Assembly: GCA_012295275.1 (NCBI GenBank)
Contig: CM022677.1
Span: 1,488,001 to 1,552,000, forward strand
Source of the DNA: Chrysomallon squamiferum
Taxonomy: Eukaryota; Animalia; Mollusca
Reading direction: 5' to 3'
Length of the DNA stretch: 64,000 bases
The notes under the pieces were generated by a model. That model saw only the letters and a list, made by a program, of their open reading frames with translations. It did no database searches and had not been told where the DNA came from. Shown here in pieces: positions 62,659 to 64,000 of this stretch. The number at the start of each line of letters is the position of its first letter. Positions within the stretch are counted from its first letter, which is position 1. Made by a program: the position numbers and the translations under genes.

Positions 62659-62853
62659 GAGGAACCAATTATCCGGCGTCCTGAAATACCGAAAGACCAG
62701 AAAACCAGAACTTTTTCCCGACGTAATTTTCATACTTTGCGCGCATCGGTTTTGTCCTCACCAGACCGTAACTGCTCTTTCAAGCCGCGTGCTGTTCATT
62801 CACTCGCCGCATTGTTTACGTGTCGAGTCGCCACAGTTGTGCGTCGTCAAATT
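62659..62853. mobile_element. Truncated Tc1/mariner-type MITE candidate
   Basis: Left end identical to 3927; right ~40% including the TIR is deleted. Confidence 0.55.
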
Positions 62854-63553
62854 TCTTTATTGCTACTGCAACTGTTACTACTACTACTAATAGAATAATA
62901 ATAATTATTATAATGACGACACCATTATTATTTTTATTTCTTCTTAGTATTTTTTATTTTATTATTGGTGTTGTTGGTGTTGTTATTATTAAATATTCTT
63001 CGATATTTCTCATAAAGCAGTGTGTTATCTTTAAAAAAAAAAAAAAATACATCGTTTAAGAAAATTCACACAAAAAATGTATAGCTTTGACAAAATGGAT
63101 TACTAATTCAATATGTCTGGTCTGATTTAAGTAAAAGTACTAATAGTACAGCATATATTAAATTGCAATAAAATACAAAATACCTTCAAATTTCAAAATG
63201 TCGGCCTGCGAAAAAAAGTACGTCCTTGTTTGGTGAGTGTTTTCCTGGAACTGACAACGTCCTGTTTGACAGGTCACTGAAATATCTTCTGTGTATCGCT
63301 GTTTACAATGTCGTCTGCTCATAAACACGTGACTGAAAGCAGATTTCACGCCACCTTTAGCGGTAAATAAATGCACATATTTTATTACATGCAATGTGTG
63401 CCGTATGATGTAACTTGCCTTTGAAACCTGTTAACTATATATATTATTTATTTTGCCTGTAAATTACCTATCTTTATTTCCAGTGTTATATTCATGAAAA
63501 ACTGATCGCTAACAATTCTCTGTTTATATATATCACTACTGGAAAGAAGAAAC

Positions 63554-63598
<45 letters not shown>

Positions 63599-64000
63599 AC
63601 ATGAAAAAACAACAAAGAAAGAAAACTAAAAGCATTGTTCAAATATTACTACATATACTCATCACTTGTTTATATGTTTATTTTCTTTAAATTATTTATT
63701 TATAATTCACTTATTACTTTTTATTTATTTAATAGTATTTGTTTATTTGTTTCTTCCTTTCTTTATTCATTTTTATTTTTTATTGATTTCATTTCATCAC
63801 ATAAAATACAGTATAAAATAATACAGTTATGACGGTAAACCGCAGTAGGGCCCTTGGCTACACCCTAATAAGGACTCGATTTCTCAGCGAGGTTTAAATG
63901 TACTGTTTTGTATGGTTGTTTAATTTAGAAAATTGGTCCTAACTTATTTACTAAGCAACGAATTGCAATTTACGTTATACCTACTTGCAGAATCCGCTTG

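Overview
AT-rich, microsatellite-dense eukaryotic (invertebrate metazoan-like, possibly molluscan; taxon is inference) genomic DNA in three contigs joined by two 200-N gaps (9446-9645, 42860-43059). The only well-supported genes are three paralogs of a two-coding-exon BTB-BACK-PHR (BTBD1/2/3/6-like) CUL3-adaptor: copy 1 (<1-1498, minus, many lesions), copy 2 (22900-24439, plus, one +1 frameshift in a T-run) and copy 3 (58836-60355, minus, intact, 436 aa). There are also 5' and 3' relics of further copies. The copies sit in nested inverted duplications (1-5.7 kb vs 18.3-24.4 kb; 18.5-39.4 kb vs 43.1-64 kb). The most interesting signal is that the paralogs differ almost only by clustered amino-acid-changing substitutions in the PHR substrate-binding region and are patchwork mosaics of each other. 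This suggests a diversifying family of ubiquitin-ligase recognition modules. Also present are TSD-flanked MITEs, an A/B higher-order repeat array, a decayed multi-exon transcript with a Mutator transposase relic at the palindrome centre, and an untrimmed Oxford Nanopore adapter at 43066-43091. The adapter means indels and the palindrome itself need read-level verification. All identities and counts are by-eye estimates.
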